This document shows positions 49,744-63,274 of a DNA stretch of 64,000 nucleotides, in pieces. The translations under genes were made by a program, and so were the position numbers. Origin of the DNA: Octopus sinensis (taxonomy: Eukaryota); contig NC_042998.1 of the NCBI RefSeq assembly GCF_006345805.1, forward strand, positions 70,990,001-71,054,000. Direction: 5' to 3'. The notes below the pieces were generated by a model. That model ran no database searches. It was not told the DNA's origin and saw only the letters and a program-made list of their open reading frames with translations. Each line of letters opens with the position of its first letter. The first letter of the stretch is position 1.

Positions 49744-52089
49744 TTATGAGTGCGCGTGTGTGTATTTATATGTCTGATGAGGGTGAATGGTAGCAAATGT
49801 ATGTGAGTGTGTTTAAGATTTATAAGATGGGAAGAAAATCGAAAATAGCTCTCTGGAGTTACCAAAATGACAGATTCAATTATTAAAAATCGTTTTTTTT
49901 TTATTCTTGCAGCTTGTTGAAAATTATCAATCAGTTTCACTTGAATGCTAAAATAGTGAATCTCTAGCACACTGCATACACTAATTCAGTTTGTAACTTT
50001 CAAAATTGTTTGCTTCTACTCACCTCCTTCGACCTCCGCTTCTCTGTCTTTTTCCCGTCGCTCTGTGTGCGAGAGTATGTATGTGTGCCTGTGCATGTGT
50101 GCATGTGTTTCTGTATGCATGATTATGTACACACACATACATATTTATGTGTGTATGTACGTGTGTGTTTATGTGTGTACCTACTTAGGTATTTATATAT
50201 GTAAGTGCAAAAACGTGGAAGTAGATTTATTAATTTCTTTCCATTATGATTAGTTTAAAGTGATAGAGCAGCGATTCAACTGAAACTGTATCATTCGATT
50301 AATATTTTGCAGTATTGTTTTTTTATTCCTATTTTGTGTTGAGGTCAACACATAAGCCTTACATGAAGCTTGTCTTTCAATATTTTTCGTTCGATAAAAT
50401 ATGCCGCGAGGGTCCATACAATCAACTGTAGGACTATCCTACAGGAGACGAATTTGGGACAAGAAAATGACAATTTTGAGATTAATAAAATATACAACAA
50501 TTTGCATCATTAGACAAGGATAACAACAACAATAACAAGACTCTTTGAAGAGGAGAGCAATATAAGAACATTTTATAATTTGTGAGGGGATTTTCATAAA
50601 AAAGATAAGTGGAGAAAAGGGAAAAGATGAAGAACAGAAGGCAAAATATATACATATTATAATAAAGTATGTGAATATGTGGTGATTCAGGTCTCCTCCT
50701 ACAGGGGCTCGACGTCATTTAGAAACAATAAATGAACCCACGGATTCAGGATCACATTGTCCATCAAGCAAACAAGCCGCCACCCGAATTGTTATTCTTT
50801 AATCTACAGGCGCATGCTTATAGTAGTTCCATTCATTGTAAACATTTCTGTTACATTTACACATATTTTGACAAATTTTCAAAAGAAAGCACTTGTCACG
50901 TGACCTTCACTTTCCTTTCGAAGTGGATCTTAAATAAGTCCGTCATAGCGTCACTGAAGAGGAAGTCATGTCTTCACAGCAATATTACTAGATGTATACA
51001 ATACCATAGTATGTCTTGTTTATTTATCGAGTTGTTACTGCGTCTGTTGCATAATTTCCTAAACTATATATATATAAACAGAACAGTCCTTGTTGACGCC
51101 CAGAACTTCCGCGCAAATAGGTGCGTAGCTTTTGTCCACCACAAAAGTGGAACTTCTGCCGACCACATTGTCTGACTGGTGGAGGAGGTTATGTGTCTAA
51201 CTGCATTCCAGATTTCAGTTGCCCAATTACTATACTGCGTACTTATAGAAAATTGTAAATATTTCAATGAGTATGTCTGACTTTCACTTCTAACCCTTTT
51301 TCTTATTGACTTGGAAGGATTATGAAGACTTCTTGTCAATGACCATTAACTGTTATGAAGAGATATTTATGACTCCGGGGAGAATAATATGTGCGATTTG
51401 ATATATTGGTATTGTTTTCATTTTTTACTGAGAAAAATTGTCCTTCCTACAGGAGAAGCCATTTGATAAAAGATATTTCAGCTGTACCCTTGAATTATTA
51501 TTTTGTTATGTTTACTTCTCCAGATATTCTATAGGCAGCATTCATTTTTGCTACAACGTTCCGTATCGAGACGTCAGTTGTAAACGGACAATGTGATAAA
51601 AAATAGGGGATAATAAGAGTATATGCCATATGTCGTGTGTTGTTGACCCGTCTTCGACTCTCATTCAACTCACTATTGCCTCCGAACAGATTGCTTATAT
51701 AGCCACCACATACAGCGGTGGTAAGTTATTGGATATAACTTAGACGCATTCCTGAGGCTGGTGTGTAAACATGAAAGCTTTGTAGGTATGTAGTAATTCG
51801 CTATGAAAACACAATATTCTATAATGTATACTAAATGTTTTCATAAGTCAGTACCACATTGTATTGAGCCAGCAGTGCCCTTACCTTACTCAGTACTCTT
51901 ACAGTACTCTTGCAAATCTTTAATGTTTACATACCAGCCCCAGGAATGCGTCTAATATATAAATTGGTATATCCAAGACAGATGTGATTTGTAGTAGATG
52001 TGAATGTTATTTTTAGTAGGTTTTATGACTGTACAAACACTCACTCGCATTTATCTTGTTTCAAGTTGGTGTGAGAAAGTTAGGTGGCT

Positions 52090-52385
52090 AAATAAAGGTC
52101 ATAGTGTGACTAGTGAAGATAAAAGATAAGTTGTGAAAGAATACCGGAGAGGGAGAAGAATGGATAGTTGTGGAATAAAATATTAATGCAAGAGTAAGGA
52201 GAGAAAATATGTGAGAAAGGGAAAAGTGAGAGAGAAAAATGAAGAAAGAACATGGAAGTAAAGGAAATATAGAAATATAGTGAAGATAATGCAAGGAGGA
52301 AATAAGGAGAGATGTGGAAGTAAACAGAGTAAGAGGAGAGAGAAATGTAAGATAGAAAGGAAACAATTATAAGAGAGTTAAACCG
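52090..52385. repeat. Purine-rich low-complexity tract
   Basis: Degenerate GA/GAA-rich sequence without a clear period. Confidence 0.6.
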
Positions 52386-53804
52386 AGTGTAAATGTTCTA
52401 TTTTGGATATATTCTGATAAGATCTAAATTAACTTTCCATTTATCAGTAGTTTCACACTACTTGCACCAGTTTCGAAATTTACCCTTCTAGGATAACCAA
52501 TCTATTACATAATTAATTTAACTAAATTTAGAAATGTTCTTTAAAAAACATTAATTCTATAAACGACGTGATGTAACACATTATCTAATTTATCACTTAG
52601 CGTTTCAATGTTCAAAGTCTTGCCAAAATAGTAGAGTTCCTCAATTATGAAAACGTTAGCAGTGGTGTAGCTAACCCTATCATGTTCTTTAATGACTGAG
52701 AAACAAAGGATGCAGGGTTCAATCGAATTTCCTGCTATGTTTACAACCATTGATGTTCTTCGTTCACTGTGGGTCTTTCCGTTTATTATATAATCTCTAT
52801 TGCTTCCTTCCTACTCATACTAAGTCTGGCTACTAAGTGCACAGTTAGTGCAATGCATCTATGACCGGTAAACATAAAAGCCAATGCTTTTATGTAGCAA
52901 TTTATTTAACCACAATGTTCTTACACTTGCCACGCTTGTCTACAATTTAATATTTAGTGTTGGCCACCAATTTTGTTCGTTGAAGTGATCCTTATCATAA
53001 ACACATTCCTATCCAGATAATGCCACGTTATATTTTAATTGCTTTCAACATATAGAGATATTCAACATGCTACCTAAATTACTGGATTATTTGCAGCGCG
53101 CATGCACATTCTTTATGCAGAGATATGTCTATATAACCTTCGATGGTTTTATAGGATATAGTCTCTTCAGAGGTGATAAGAAAATTACTGTGTATATCAA
53201 AGAATCTATCTTCACACTGTTTCTTTTGAGTATGAATGCCAGCCTAAATCCAAGAAGCCACAGAAAAATTCTCATTTCATAATTTCTGGAAATCACTTCT
53301 CTCGCGACCATATACATAAACGTAAGCATACACATACACACGTATGTACACACACACACACGCATACACACAGACAGCCCGACAGACGCACACATGTATG
53401 TATGTACATATGTCACATAATGTTAATTGTGAAACTCAGTTCTTCACTTCTAATCGTGTTCACATAACTTGTAATGAGTTCATCACAACTACACCAATAC
53501 GATTTGTCAGAATCAAAAGGTTATTATTAGAATCTCTGCTTCACAATTATAGTAACTATAAGCATTGGTTCACCACAATACCATAAGTTAACTATCATAA
53601 CCACAAGTTAACTATCATACTATGTTTACCATCATGCCGCTAACAGTCCTAACATATTATATAATATCCAAAAAGAAGTTGTTCTTCACCACTAGAAATG
53701 CAATTGTTCCCCACCATTCTAAAAGTGACGCTTCCCTATCTTAATACATTGTAATTCTCCTTGCTGTTTCATCGTATTCTCTTTACCGTCTTACTGTTAC
53801 TATG

Positions 53805-55300
53805 TAGCATGGATAGTATACTGGTTCAATCAGATAAAACGGGAAACATGTACAAACTTACCAAGGACTATTACCTAGAACTGCTTAAAAAAGAAATTTA
53901 AAAAAAACTATAGGATTACTGGTAAAGGTGCACTCAGGAAAAGCCAACGTTGAGGCTAAGAAAATTATGGAGAAGTATAACTTATATATGAAGACAGAAC
54001 CACTTGATCCTAAGCAACCTCGTTTTATTTTAAAAGATCATAAACAAATTTTTTTAATAACCCATCCTTACGACTTCTCTGTCCTTCTAGCTCTGACATC
54101 GATGTACTTAGTAAAAATGTTCCAGATAAATATATTACTACCTTAGATAAAAAATTATAGCTTAGTTTATGGTCCATTTCGTTCCAAGTTGTTGAATGAT
54201 TTAGTTCTATTACTAATAGGAGGAGCACTAAGTTTATCCAGTTTGACATTTCTAGTTTCTATTCCTCGATCAACCCAATAGTACTTAATAAGGCACTCTA
54301 GCTAGCTAACAACAAAGCTAGTCTCACCAGGGAAGAGATTAATGTTGTGTTGGCCGCCAGAAAATCTATCATAAAATTTTATAACAAGCTGTGGGTTCGT
54401 AAAGATACACCCGATGGTTTTGATGTCACGATGGGAAGTTCTGATTCAGTACAAATAGCTGATTTGGTCGGTATACATATATACTTTATGAAATGGCAGA
54501 CCAGTTCCCAAGCATCAATGGAGGTCTATATCGTGATGATTGTTTACTCTACCGCCAAAATGTTTCTAACCAAAAATTAGAAAATGTTAAGAATAGTTTA
54601 GTTAAGTTTTTCCACAGAATGGACTTAGGCATCGTTTTTGATGAGGTTGTAAGTCAACTTTTTAGGTAACTTATTCGTACTTCCATACCACAAACCATCA
54701 GTCAATCTTAAGTATATTATCCAATTCAGTAATCATTCTAGGGCAATTACTAAGAATTTAGTTAAAAATATTTCATTCAGACTAAGTTATCTTATCTACC
54801 TTTGGTAATGGAGACATGAAATCTAGTTGTAACGAGATGAAAGGTTTTTTAATTTTAAATTAGACGGCAACACTACAAAGAGTACGTTTTTTTGCAGCCT
54901 AAGGGAGATAACCGTTATTTAAGACATGCTTTTTTCATTCGATGTCTTTTAAAGATAGTTACACTAAAAATAAGGCAACTGCTACCAAAACTATTTGGTT
55001 GATTATTCCTTATGGGAAACAAATTAAATCTAATCTTCCTTTCCAGTTCCATGAAGCTGTTATTAAGAATTTTCAAAAGAATTCTAAGTATTACTCGATT
55101 ATCAACTTGCACAAGGTTAGGATTAGATTTTCTAACACAGGAAATCTTTCATAAATTATCTCTTCACATAATATTAGCCTGTTAAATAAGAATAGAATTA
55201 CTGTAAACAATAACATTAATTTAGCTAATACTAACCATCCCCCTAGAAATATTAACAACAAGGTTATTGTCTCTGAATTAATTCCAGCAGAATTTAGTAT
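53805..55300 (+). pseudogene. Penelope-like element RT remnant, Naiad-like
   Basis: SDKTGNMYKL, FILKDHKQ, KFIQFDISSFYSSI, GFDVTMGSSD, NGGLYRDD (YRDD at 54529-54540), YHKP...SNH and II..HN blocks; many frameshifts. Confidence 0.8.
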
Positions 55301-55318
55301 ATGTCTAGTAATTCTAAG

Positions 55319-55409
<91 letters not shown>

Positions 55410-55412
<3 letters not shown>

Positions 55413-56612
55413 AAACTGCGTGATCTTGGCATAGTTGGATAATTGGGAGAATGGCTTCATGACTTTCTGAAGAATAGAAGTCAGGTGGTAGCAGCCAATG
55501 GGGCCACTTCCATTAACACGCAAATAGTGAGCGGTGTTCCGCAGGGCACTGTTTTGGGACCACTACTGTTCATAATGGCCCTCTCAGACATGCCCTCAGC
55601 CACGCAAAGAGCCACGATCACAAGTTATGCAGATGATACAAAAGTTTCACAGGCAATACAGAACCCTGAAGACACTAAGCACCTGCAATGTGAGCTGGAC
55701 GAAATATACAAGTGGGCTGAAAAGAATAGCATGCAGTTCAATGCTGAAAAGTTTCAAGCTTTATACTATCAGCATGCAAAACTGAATGCAATACCCAATG
55801 AATACACTGGACCCGAGGATTGCAATCCCAGAGGCACAATCAGTGCGTGACCTGGGTATTCACATGAGTGATGACGCGACCTTTCATGTACATGTTGCTA
55901 AACTGGCAATGAAATGTAGACGGCTGGATGGATGGATTCTTAGAACCTTTAGAACAAGAGAACAAGAACCATGATGGTCCTCTGGAAGACACTTGTCCTA
56001 AGCCACTTTGACTATTGCTCTCAGCTATGGTCACCATCCAGTGTCAAGTTGATCACAGAACTTGAGGCGATCCAACGAAGCTACACAAGAAGATAGCCTC
56101 TGTGCAGCATATGAGCTACTGGGAAAGACTCAAGAGATTAAAGCTCTATTCCCTGGAGCGTAGGCGAAAAGATATGCCATAATATATATCTGGAAGATCC
56201 TGGAAGGACTTGTCCCAAATTTGGCATCGAGAGTCACACAAATGCCAGAACCGGGCGCCACTGCGTAGTACCAAGGACTCCAAATTTGCCATCAAGATGT
56301 AGGACAAGATACTGTGGTAGCCTGGGCTTCCGAGGCCCACAGCTCTTCAATATCCTCCCGAAGAACCTGAGGGACCTGCATGGTGTAGATGCGGATGTCT
56401 TTAAAGTAGGACTGGATCTCTTCCTGTCAGGTGTCCCGGATGAACCAACTTCACGGCAGGAGGTGCAGATGAGGCAGCTGCATCGAACTCTCTCATGCAT
56501 CAGATGGCGTTTGCGAAAAAGCATCCGTGAGGTAAAATCGTGTAGCAACCAATGGCGGTGCCCCAGCATGGCCACAGCTCATTAGCTGAAACTGGAAAAA
56601 TCAAAGATAAAT
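55410..56612 (+). mobile_element. 5'-truncated CR1/L2-group LINE with 3' tail
   Basis: SGVPQGTVLGPLLF, SYADD (55626-55637), WAEKNSMQFNAEKFQ, VRDLGI, FDYCSQLWSP, LYSLERRR, GPQLFNILP; the 3' tail is shared with family A SINEs. Confidence 0.92.
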
Positions 56613-56654
56613 CAATCATATATATATATACATACACACACACACACACCACAC

Positions 56655-56697
<43 letters not shown>

Positions 56698-56699
<2 letters not shown>

Positions 56700-56911
56700 A
56701 GCATGGTTGAAAAGTTCCTGCTCTAAGGGGGTTGCGAAAGACCTGGTTAGGGGTCCAAAATTCTGTCTTATTTTATAGGGGTTAGAGAAGTTGAAGGACC
56801 GCTGCAATAAGTGTGTGAATCTGATAGGCGAATACGTTGAATAAAATTATAATTAACTGATCTTACTGTAGTTTATTTTACCCAAAGCCAGGAACATTTC
56901 AGCACCATTCG
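56698..56911 (+). mobile_element. Mariner-derived MITE
   Basis: TIR-like tggttgaaaagttcctg / ccaggaacatttcagcaccattcg; encodes a remnant RCNKCVNLIGEYVE* transposase end; same family as 16642-16835. Confidence 0.7.
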
Positions 56912-56925
56912 TGTATATATATATA

Positions 56926-57330
56926 GGCTCAGGAGTGGCTGTGTGGTAAGTAGCTTGCTAACCAACCACATGGTTCCGAGTTCAGTACCACTGCGTGGTA
57001 TCTTGGGCAAGTGTCTTCTGCTATAGCCTCGGGCCGACCAAAGCATTGTGAGTGGATTTGGTAGACGGAAACTGAAAGAAGCCTGTCTTATATATGTATA
57101 TATATGTATGTATGTGTGTGTATATGTTTGTGTGTCTGTGTTTGTCCCTCTAGCATTGCTTGACAACCGATGGTGGTATGTTTACGTCCCCGTCACTTAG
57201 CGGTTCGGCAAAAGAGACCGATACAATAAGTACTGGGCTTACAAAATAATAAGTCCCAGGGTCGATTTGCTCGACTAAAGGCGGTGCTCCAGCATGGCCG
57301 CAGTCAAATGACTGAAACAAGTAAGAGAGT
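56926..57330 (+). mobile_element. tRNA-derived SINE (family A), full length
   Basis: ggctcaggagtggctgtgtggtaag head to ggcggtgctccagcatggccgcagtcaaatgactgaaacaagt tail. Confidence 0.95.
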
Positions 57331-57335
57331 ATATA

Positions 57336-57367
<32 letters not shown>

Positions 57368-57487
57368 CAATATATATAATATATAATATATATATATATA
57401 TATAATTATATATAACATATATATATAATATAATATATATAATATATATTCATATATATATAAATATATATATATAAATATATATAA

Positions 57488-57519
<32 letters not shown>

Positions 57520-57629
57520 CATATATATATATACATATATATATAAATATATATATATATACATATATATATAAATATATATATATACATATATATATAT
57601 ACATATATATATAAATATAATATATATAC

Positions 57630-57679
<50 letters not shown>

Positions 57680-57720
57680 TAATAAATAAATAATTAAAAC
57701 ATATGCATATATACATACAT
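57330..57720. repeat. (TA)n compound microsatellite
   Basis: Direct reading. Confidence 0.95.
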
Positions 57721-59401
57721 ATATGTACGTACCTACCTCTACATGTATATATACATGCATATATGGGTACAGGACACCAAAAAAAAAAAACGTCGAACAC
57801 AATGAGAAACGAAAACATAAACACAAAACCAAGGAAATGGACATTTTTCTTAAACAACGAAAAAATAGAGTACAGGACATACAACACAAGGAAAATTTCC
57901 CTTCTTCAGTCGCCTTTGTTTCATCTCCATACGGTTATTTAGATTTGTTCCTGTATCTCTAATGTAATCCTTACTGCATTGTGGGCATGTGATGCAATCT
58001 AAAATATTGTTTTTGTTTTGCAATCCATGTCTCTAAATCGAAAGTCCAAACTGGAAACAGTCAACACCATTATCAACTTACTCTCTATGGATTAGTACAG
58101 ACCACGTCTGTTTGAAAAGCTGAACAACGAAAGCGCTTGCATATAGAGCATACGAACATTTTTCCTCCAAACGTTTGTGATACTATGCCGTTTAAATAAT
58201 TTTTTATAATTATATCTATCTCTCTCGCTATCTCATTTCAAAGTTAATACAACCAAGTGCAAACTGAAAGCGAGTTCTGGTAAATGTTTCAAACCAAAAG
58301 AAATATTTACATATCAATATCCTAAGTGCCAACAGTATACTTGAACTGCTAAAAAGAGCGAAATCCGACAAGTATTTTTGGGAAAATAGAACTTTTGTAC
58401 TTCAATATTATGTAGAAATAAAAAAGAAATCTGAGTTTTTTTCTGTGAAAACAGAATTCTCTGCATTAGATTTATTTATATCATAGAAATTATTTTTCTT
58501 GCGAGAAAAGAAAGTTTTTATAAAGAAATATTTTCTCTGTGGATTTTAAGAAATATAACTACCTCTTAAAGTAAATATATATATTTATATCTTTTCTTTT
58601 TGATGAATGAAAAATAAATACTTTCATTCCATGATTTCAGTGTGAAACTATTTTCCTTACATATTCTAATTTAAATCTATTTATATTAAAACATTTAGTA
58701 CATTTGCAACTCTTGGTTATTATTTCTCCTTACGCGTGCTCACGCACATACGCGCGCGCACACACACACACACGCACACACAAATGCACGAACACACACG
58801 CGATTGTATGTATGGGTTTAAATACATCTAGAATGCTAATGTAGAAGCATCGATAAATATATAAATAACTCTTTATACACGATGTATCATGAAGTCAACC
58901 CAGGTTCAAATAACAGCTCATAAAGCATTGAATTAAAAACCACTTGGACAGAGCAAAACGGGTGGAATGCTGTCTCAGAGACACCATACTTTAATTTCGT
59001 GATCCTCCCAAAACACAAAATGGGAATTCAAAGCATATAATCCTTTTGAAGAGAAGCGGATTAAAATGAAAAGCGAAGGAAGTAAATACTCACATATATC
59101 ATAAGATTACTCTGTCACATCATGCATTACCGCGTAGCTATGTGATTTTGATGATGTGATTGTATATTTTTAGAATGACATTGAAAGGTTGAAGTGAGGG
59201 GCTAGATCTGCGTGCTTTGAACATTGAACTAGTAGAACATTTCGACCGGATATGGACAGCGAAAGTGAGACAATAAAAATATCAACAACCGAAAGTAAGT
59301 ATGTATGTAAAGCAGGAAATAAAAGTTCTTTGGAAACGGACATATCATATGAAATGCCAAATTCAATCATCCTGCATAACATTCTACTGAGCAGACACAC
59401 A

Positions 59402-59452
<51 letters not shown>

Positions 59453-59624
59453 CACACGCATACGCACACATGCATGCACACACAAACACACATTCGCGCT
59501 CGCGCACAGAGACAACTTAATTCTAGTCAAAACTGCGAATTAGCAGCTTGAGGTAACCGAAATATTTTGACAGATCATTAGAAAGCAATAATGAAACACA
59601 TCATAGATCAATTATGGTGTACAA

Positions 59625-59659
<35 letters not shown>

Positions 59660-59772
59660 GAAAAAGAGTGAAAAAAACTACAGGAGGCTTGTGTTATAAG
59701 TTTAAAGAATATATTTAAGTCGATATGTTAGAAAAATATTATAAAAGTTTGTGTATAGTAACATAGTTTTTG

Positions 59773-59810
59773 GAGAAATAACCGGTTCCGTATATTCTTT
59801 TCAAATTCCT
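59773..59810 (-). ncRNA. HHR-like motif (U3-A8, reduced helix II) in the inverted pLTR
   Basis: Reverse complement: GGAAU / UUGAAAA / GAAUAUAC / GGAA / CCGG / UU / AUUUCUC. Confidence 0.45.
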
Positions 59811-60980
59811 AAAATTTCTTTACCTACACCGTGTCATGTCTTCGCTCTGAAGTGAAGAGTTCCAGGCAGGGGAAGGTAATTAGAGATTTCTTCCGCTATA
59901 AGGGAGATAATCGCTTTATATATTTTCCTTGTATAAAAATGTTAGAATGGTTAAGTTTTGGTTATTATTTTTCAATGAAGAATGTTTCCTTGTTTAATCT
60001 AATTGTGTTGGTGTTCCAATAGCACATTGATAGAAGGATCTGCACAATAGTGTCCGAACAAAATACCAGAAACTTTAGACTACAAGAACTCAAAAACACC
60101 CTAATTGACGGACACTACCCAGTTCAACTCATAGAGGATGGAATCAGACGTGCAACAGAAATCGACATAGAAACTTTTTTTAAAAATTCAATACAGCAAC
60201 ACACCTTCTCCGAAAATACTGCCTTACATATCGACATACAACCCCAGAAACAAAGAAGTCTTCACCATCATCACCCAGAATTTACCAATGCTTCATAAGG
60301 ACCCTAAACTAAAGGCAATTCTAAACATACATAAAATCATTAAAAAGCTACAAACAACCTAAATCACTAAAAAAGATCTTCACAAAGGTAAAATTGTTTT
60401 CTGAAATAACGGATGCAAAAGTTTAAAATTGTGGTAGGCCAAACTGCGCAACATGCCCACACCTTCTAGAAGGATCAGAATTCCTCTTCTAAGAGGGATA
60501 AAAATTCAAGATCAAATCTAATATTACTTGTGGTTCAGAAAACGTAATTTATGTCATAACATGATCGGGCCGCCACCAAAACTACATAGGGTACACGGGA
60601 TTAACGCTCAGACACAGATGCACTCTGCATCGACAACAGATTTCATTCCCAGAAGACAGAATGATACTCTTTAGTGAACATGTTGAGAAATGCGCGAAGT
60701 AACTACTACTACAATTTTTAATATTTCCATTCTATCAATGTGCTATTGGAACACCAACACGAATTAGATCAAACAAGGAAACATTCTTCATTGAAAAATA
60801 TAAACCAAAACTTAACCATTCTAACATTTTTATACGAGGAAACTCATCTCATTGAAAAAATAGAAAAAAAAAATAAAGCGATTATCTACCTTATACCGGA
60901 AGAAATCCTTGATTACCTTCCCCTGCCTGCAACTCTTCACTTCATAGCGAAGACATGACACGATGTAGAAAAAGAAATTT

Positions 60981-61019
60981 GAGAAATTTGAAAAGATTAT
61001 AAGGAACCGGTTATTTCTT
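60981..61019 (+). ncRNA. HHR-like motif (U3-A8, reduced helix II) in the 3' pLTR
   Basis: GAGAAAU / UUGAAAA / GAUUAUAA / GGAA / CCGG / UU / AUUUCUU; 7-bp helix I, no stable helix II, GGAA instead of GAAA. Confidence 0.45.
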
Positions 61020-61176
61020 CAAAAACTATGTAACTATACACAAAATTTCATAATATTTTTCTAACATATCGACTTAAATATATTCTTTAACCTTATAACA
61101 CAAGCCTCCTCTAGATTTTTCACTCTTTTTATTTTTTATACATCCTACAACGTGCTTTCACCCACCAACTCTCTCA

Positions 61177-61211
<35 letters not shown>

Positions 61212-61399
61212 GGTTTAAGTAATTGAGATTCAAGTGAATTCTAATGAATTCACATGAATATGGTCCTTAACTAGGATGCACCGGAAATCTATATGGTGTT
61301 AACCATACGACAAGTGGGGTGATTACAAATAGGAAAAAAGCAACAAGAATGGATTAAAATATCGTACAATTGTTTCGTACGAGGAAATCTTTAATAAGC

Positions 61400-61426
61400 T
61401 ACAAAAAATGCAGTAAATAAATATAT

Positions 61427-61470
<44 letters not shown>

Positions 61471-61499
61471 GTAGGAATATATATGTAAGTATGTATATA

Positions 61500-61530
<31 letters not shown>

Positions 61531-61667
61531 TAATATATATATACATACATATATAAATATATGTATATATGTATATGTATATATGTATATTTAATATTTG
61601 TGCAAATTATATATATATATATATTAAATATATATATATATATACATATAAAATATGTATATAATAT

Positions 61668-61701
<34 letters not shown>
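61400..61701. repeat. (TA)n compound microsatellite
   Basis: Direct reading. Confidence 0.95.
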
Positions 61702-62118
61702 GGCGCAGGAGTGGCTGTGTGGTAAGTAGCTTGCTAACCAACCACATGGTTCCGGGTTCAATCCCGCTGCGTGGCATCTTGGGCAAGTGTCTTCTGCTAT
61801 AGCCCCGGACCGACCAATGCCTTGTGAGTGGATTTGGTAGACGGAAACTGAGAGAAGCCTGTCGTATATATGTATATGTATATGTATGTGTGTGTTTGTG
61901 TGTCTGTGTCTGTCCCCCTAGCATTGCTTGACAACCGATGCTGGTGTGTTTACGTCCCTGTCACTTAGCGGTTCGGTAAAAGAGACCGATAGAATAAGTA
62001 CTGGGCTTACAAAGAATAAGTCCTGGGGTCGATTTGCTCGACTAAAGGCGGTGCTCCAGCATGACCGCAGTCAAATGACTGAAACAAGTAAAAGAGAGTA
62101 AAGAGAGTAAAGAGAGTA
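61702..62118 (+). mobile_element. tRNA-derived SINE (family A), full length
   Basis: ggcgcaggagtggctgtgtggtaag head to the tail ending in (aaagagagt)n. Confidence 0.95.
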
Positions 62119-62119
62119 T

Positions 62120-62150
<31 letters not shown>

Positions 62151-62399
62151 AATATATGTATATATATATATATAAATATATGTATATATATATAAATATA
62201 TGTATATATATATATATATATAGTATATATATATATATGTATATATATATAAATATATGTATATATGTATAAATATATGCATATATATATATATATGTAT
62301 ATATATATATGTATATATATATATATAATATAGAATTATATTATATTATATATATATAATATAGAATTAACTTCAGTGAGAAAAAGAATTAATACTGCA

Positions 62400-63178
62400 C
62401 ATAGGAGATTTCGGAACGGCTTACAAAATATATATTCACCTCTCATACCTCCTATGTTAACGTTTTTCTATAGTACTTTTGAAATAGTTTAGTCAATCAG
62501 ATTTTCTGGTTTATAAATTTCACGGACAGACTATATTGCACTTGTTTGTTATTGACTATTACTATGTAGTTCCATGCCGAAGTCAGCAACAGGACCTTTC
62601 CGAGATATTAGCACTATTCTCGGCATTCAGAACTAATACATACCCAAAGAAGTCGCACGACTCTCCTGCAACATATCATCAGATAAAAGGTCGAGGCTAT
62701 ATGAATAGAAGACTATGCATGGATACTTTTGTTGAAAGCTACGGGATGATAGTAACATAGATCATGAAAGCAATTTATCATGGACCAATAGCGGTTTACT
62801 ACTTCTCACTTTAAAGGGTAAGCGTTTGCAACCCAGGAACAGGAAATATCAACCAAATTGGATAGAGATGTAGGAAAATCAGTAAAATGTGACAACCGAT
62901 GCAGACTTTGTGGAATTAACAACGAAGATATCATCCACACCATAAGCAGTTGCCCGAAATTGTCATCACGGTATTATCTAACGATGACACATAATATTAT
63001 AACTAGGACAATCTATAATTAAAGCCATCGGAAGTATAAGCCAAGCGACAAAGAAATAAGAACCCATCGTATGGTCGAATCCATAGCCACGCATAACATA
63101 GAGTGGTACTGGTGGAATGTTCCAATGAATACCTCAATAAAATGTAAGCATAACAAATCTGATATAATGATTTGGGAT
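62400..63178 (+). pseudogene. R4/Dong-like LINE remnant with CCHC knuckle and start of the restriction-like endonuclease
   Basis: AFATQEQEIST, CRLCGINNEDIIHTISSCPKLSSRYYL.M.HN, WYWWNVP...HNKSDIMIWD; stops and frameshifts. Confidence 0.85.
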
Positions 63179-63238
63179 ATATGTATGCATTGAAAAAGTC
63201 AAGGTAGAAAATGCTAAAGTAATTTTATAAAAACATTT

Positions 63239-63274
63239 CCGTACCGGTTTCAGTCATTGAGACCTTTTCAACTG
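63239..63274 (-). ncRNA. Type I HHR, U3-A8 variant
   Basis: Reverse complement: CAG / UUGAAAA / GGUC-UCAAU-GACU / GAAA / CCGG / UA / CGG. Confidence 0.6.

Larger units (their letters stand above)
59657..61133 (+). mobile_element. 5'-truncated Penelope-like element: inverted pLTR copy + thumb/GIY-YIG remnant + 3' pLTR
   Basis: 59657-59920 is the reverse complement of about 60872-61133. Between them: RRICTIVS...HYPVQLIE, CGRPNCATCPHL and NVIYVIT*SGRHQNYIGYTG (GIY-YIG, about 60540-60600). Confidence 0.9.

Noticed and set aside
50400-51460. 147-aa and 91-aa ORFs and recurring tcctacagg motif as a gene or piggyBac-like element
   Set aside because: No recognisable domain or convincing TIR/TSD.
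59230-59300. Possible exon ending at GTGAGA or GTAAGT
   Set aside because: The acceptor is weak and two frames are equally plausible.
60561-60563. In-frame TGA at a conserved Cys of the GIY-YIG region as selenocysteine
   Set aside because: The element has several other stops and the partner Cys is also mutated (CGC); simple decay explains it.
61355-61400. Minus-strand GAAA-CAAUUG-UA with palindromic helix III
   Set aside because: No upstream catalytic core or helix II.
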